A stretch of 46,239 nucleotides of DNA. It comes from Candidatus Rokuibacteriota bacterium (GTDB lineage Bacteria > JAUVQV01 > DATDCY01). Below are positions 45,190 through 46,239 of this stretch, piece after piece. The notes under the pieces were generated by a model that was given only the letters and a program-made list of their open reading frames with translations, did not search any database and had not been told where the DNA came from. The translations under genes and the position numbers were made by a program. The DNA lies in NCBI GenBank assembly GCA_031406795.1, contig JANOHV010000075.1:1-46239 (forward strand), in the 5' to 3' direction. Position 1 is the first letter of the stretch, and each line of letters starts with the position of its first letter.

Positions 45190-45292
45190 CCGACAGTCAC
45201 GCTTGCATTTCTGCCCTTTGCGTTTAGAGTCGGCTCCAAGGGCAACTATGCAAATACGGGCAGGCAAGCGCGCCTGCGGCTAAACGCTACGT
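45171..45292 (+). other. attC: attC site 3, interrupted in R' by the intron
   Basis: GCCTAAC (complement of GTTAGGC at 44698)...CGGCTAAACGCTAC-GT, then GTGCG instead of TRRRY; interior close to attC1. Confidence 0.9.
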
Positions 45293-46100
45293 GTGCGAGG
45301 TCTCGAAACCATCATCTTGCGATCTGAAAGGAGATCGCCACACCAAGTGCCCTTGTGGGTGTGTAGGCAGGAGGCGGGCTGGCGTGGTAACACGGCGGTC
45401 GAACATGCCTCGACACGGCACCGCGAAGGCTCGCTCTGCAATGGGGCGGGTCGTACCCAGTCGGGGGTGCTGGCCAAACGTGCAGGCCGCAGCATAAAGC
45501 GAACAGTGCAGCCTCGTGAATTTAGGCCGGACGGCGATAGCTGGGAGAGTCCGGTAGCGGGATAAACCAACGCGAGTTGGCTACGCGCCGACCCTCTACG
45601 TAGAAGGGGGCCAGTGCCTGTCGGGAAGCAAAGGGCAAACGCACCGATGGGGGACCCGGGGTAAGGCTGACAGCATGCACGGACAGATGATGGAGGTAGG
45701 ACCTGAAATCCCACCGTACCCCGTCGTTCTCCGACGGCGGTAAGCGGGCGCCAAGTCGGGTGCAACCGGCAAGATGACCGTTACGGGCGGAGGGATGTCG
45801 GAGGGGCCGGAGAAGTGAAGATGGGCAGGAGAGAAGAGTCTGCCTGGAGCGTGCGGCCCTGCTTCGACCAAGTCTGTTTTTCAGGGAGGGAGGCATGAGT
45901 GCCGTCAAGGCTAGGAACATGCGAAACACGGTCCGAGCCCTGCAAAACACACTCTTGTGCAGCGAAACAGTCGCTGGATAGGAGATTCGGAGCCCTCTAC
46001 GATAAAGTGTATCGGGAGGACGTACTGCGGACGGCCTGGAAACAGGTCAGGGCGAACGATGGGGCGCCCGGAGTCGATCGGCAGAGTTTCGAGTACATCG
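45293..46100 (+). mobile_element. Group II intron, 5' part only (DI-DIII and start of the RT ORF)
   Basis: 5' GTGCGA; AGCGAA..GCCTCG..GCCGAC EBS1 stem; TCGGAGGGGCC...GGAGCG..GGCCCT DIII-like segment; RT0 motif downstream; no DV/DVI seen. Confidence 0.88.
45895..46100 (+). pseudogene. ltrA: Group II intron reverse transcriptase/maturase fragment
   Basis: GGAGG SD and ATG 45895 [20 protein letters not shown], frameshift near 45955, then [41 protein letters not shown]; similarity ends near 46100. Confidence 0.88.
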
Positions 46101-46198
46101 TAAGTCCTCGCCCTACCCCGACTGCACATTTTCCTCGTCGGCAGGCGTCTTCGTGATGGCCGCCGGGTCACGGTCGAGCGCCGGTCCGGCCGGGCGGT

Positions 46199-46239
46199 CT
46201 ACTGCAGGGTGTTCTTCTTCAACTCCGCGGGGAGGAAGG
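46199..46239 (-). CDS. Probable 3' end of a chromosomal gene entering from beyond the window
   Basis: FLPAELKKNTLQ* with high-GC3 codons. Confidence 0.35.
   Translation of the reverse strand, partial: FLPAELKKNTLQ

Noticed and set aside
43901-45292. Repeated TAACCAGGCGTTGTAGCCGAC as a CRISPR array
   Set aside because: Spacing is gene-sized and each unit has RYYYAAC/GTTRRRY ends, so these are attC sites; there are no cas genes.
45280-45950. ORFs of 68-161 aa within the intron 5' region
   Set aside because: They overlap structured ribozyme domains and show no protein motifs.
45895-46100. RT fragment as a retron or DGR
   Set aside because: The RT0-type N-terminus and the upstream GTGCG-initiated ribozyme identify a group II intron; no msr/msd or TR/VR pair is seen.

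Overview
High-GC bacterial chromosome segment containing the replication origin region. The split atp operon, tRNA-Sec and repeat types suggest a deltaproteobacteria-like or related lineage; this is an inference. Gene order: mutS2 (partial), NIF3, yqeY, rpsU, hisI, hisB (minus strand). Then rpmH-rnpA-yidD-yidC-mnmE-rsmG, two parS sites, parAB, bactofilin, atpF'FHAGDC, a methyltransferase, ctpA, a deacetylase, tsaD, cysteine desulfurase, DUF3343, tRNA-Sec and a tautomerase (plus strand). Then a TPP-riboswitch-controlled AIR-synthase-family gene, sugar-modifying enzymes, tRNA-Phe, RDD, rsmE, a histidine kinase, a TPR protein, gyrA (one frameshift), gyrB, dnaN, oriC and dnaA (minus strand), followed by cheC-cheD. 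About 1.5 kb upstream of the dnaA start lies a complete integron: long intI, attI and three cassettes with related attC sites. The most striking element is a group II intron, now truncated, inserted on the TOP strand of the third attC at the R' core (CTACGT|GTGCG). Its predicted EBS1 loop (ACGTAG) is the exact complement of the attC sequence. This mirrors the known bottom-strand IIC-attC introns, and the intron appears to belong to a different class.
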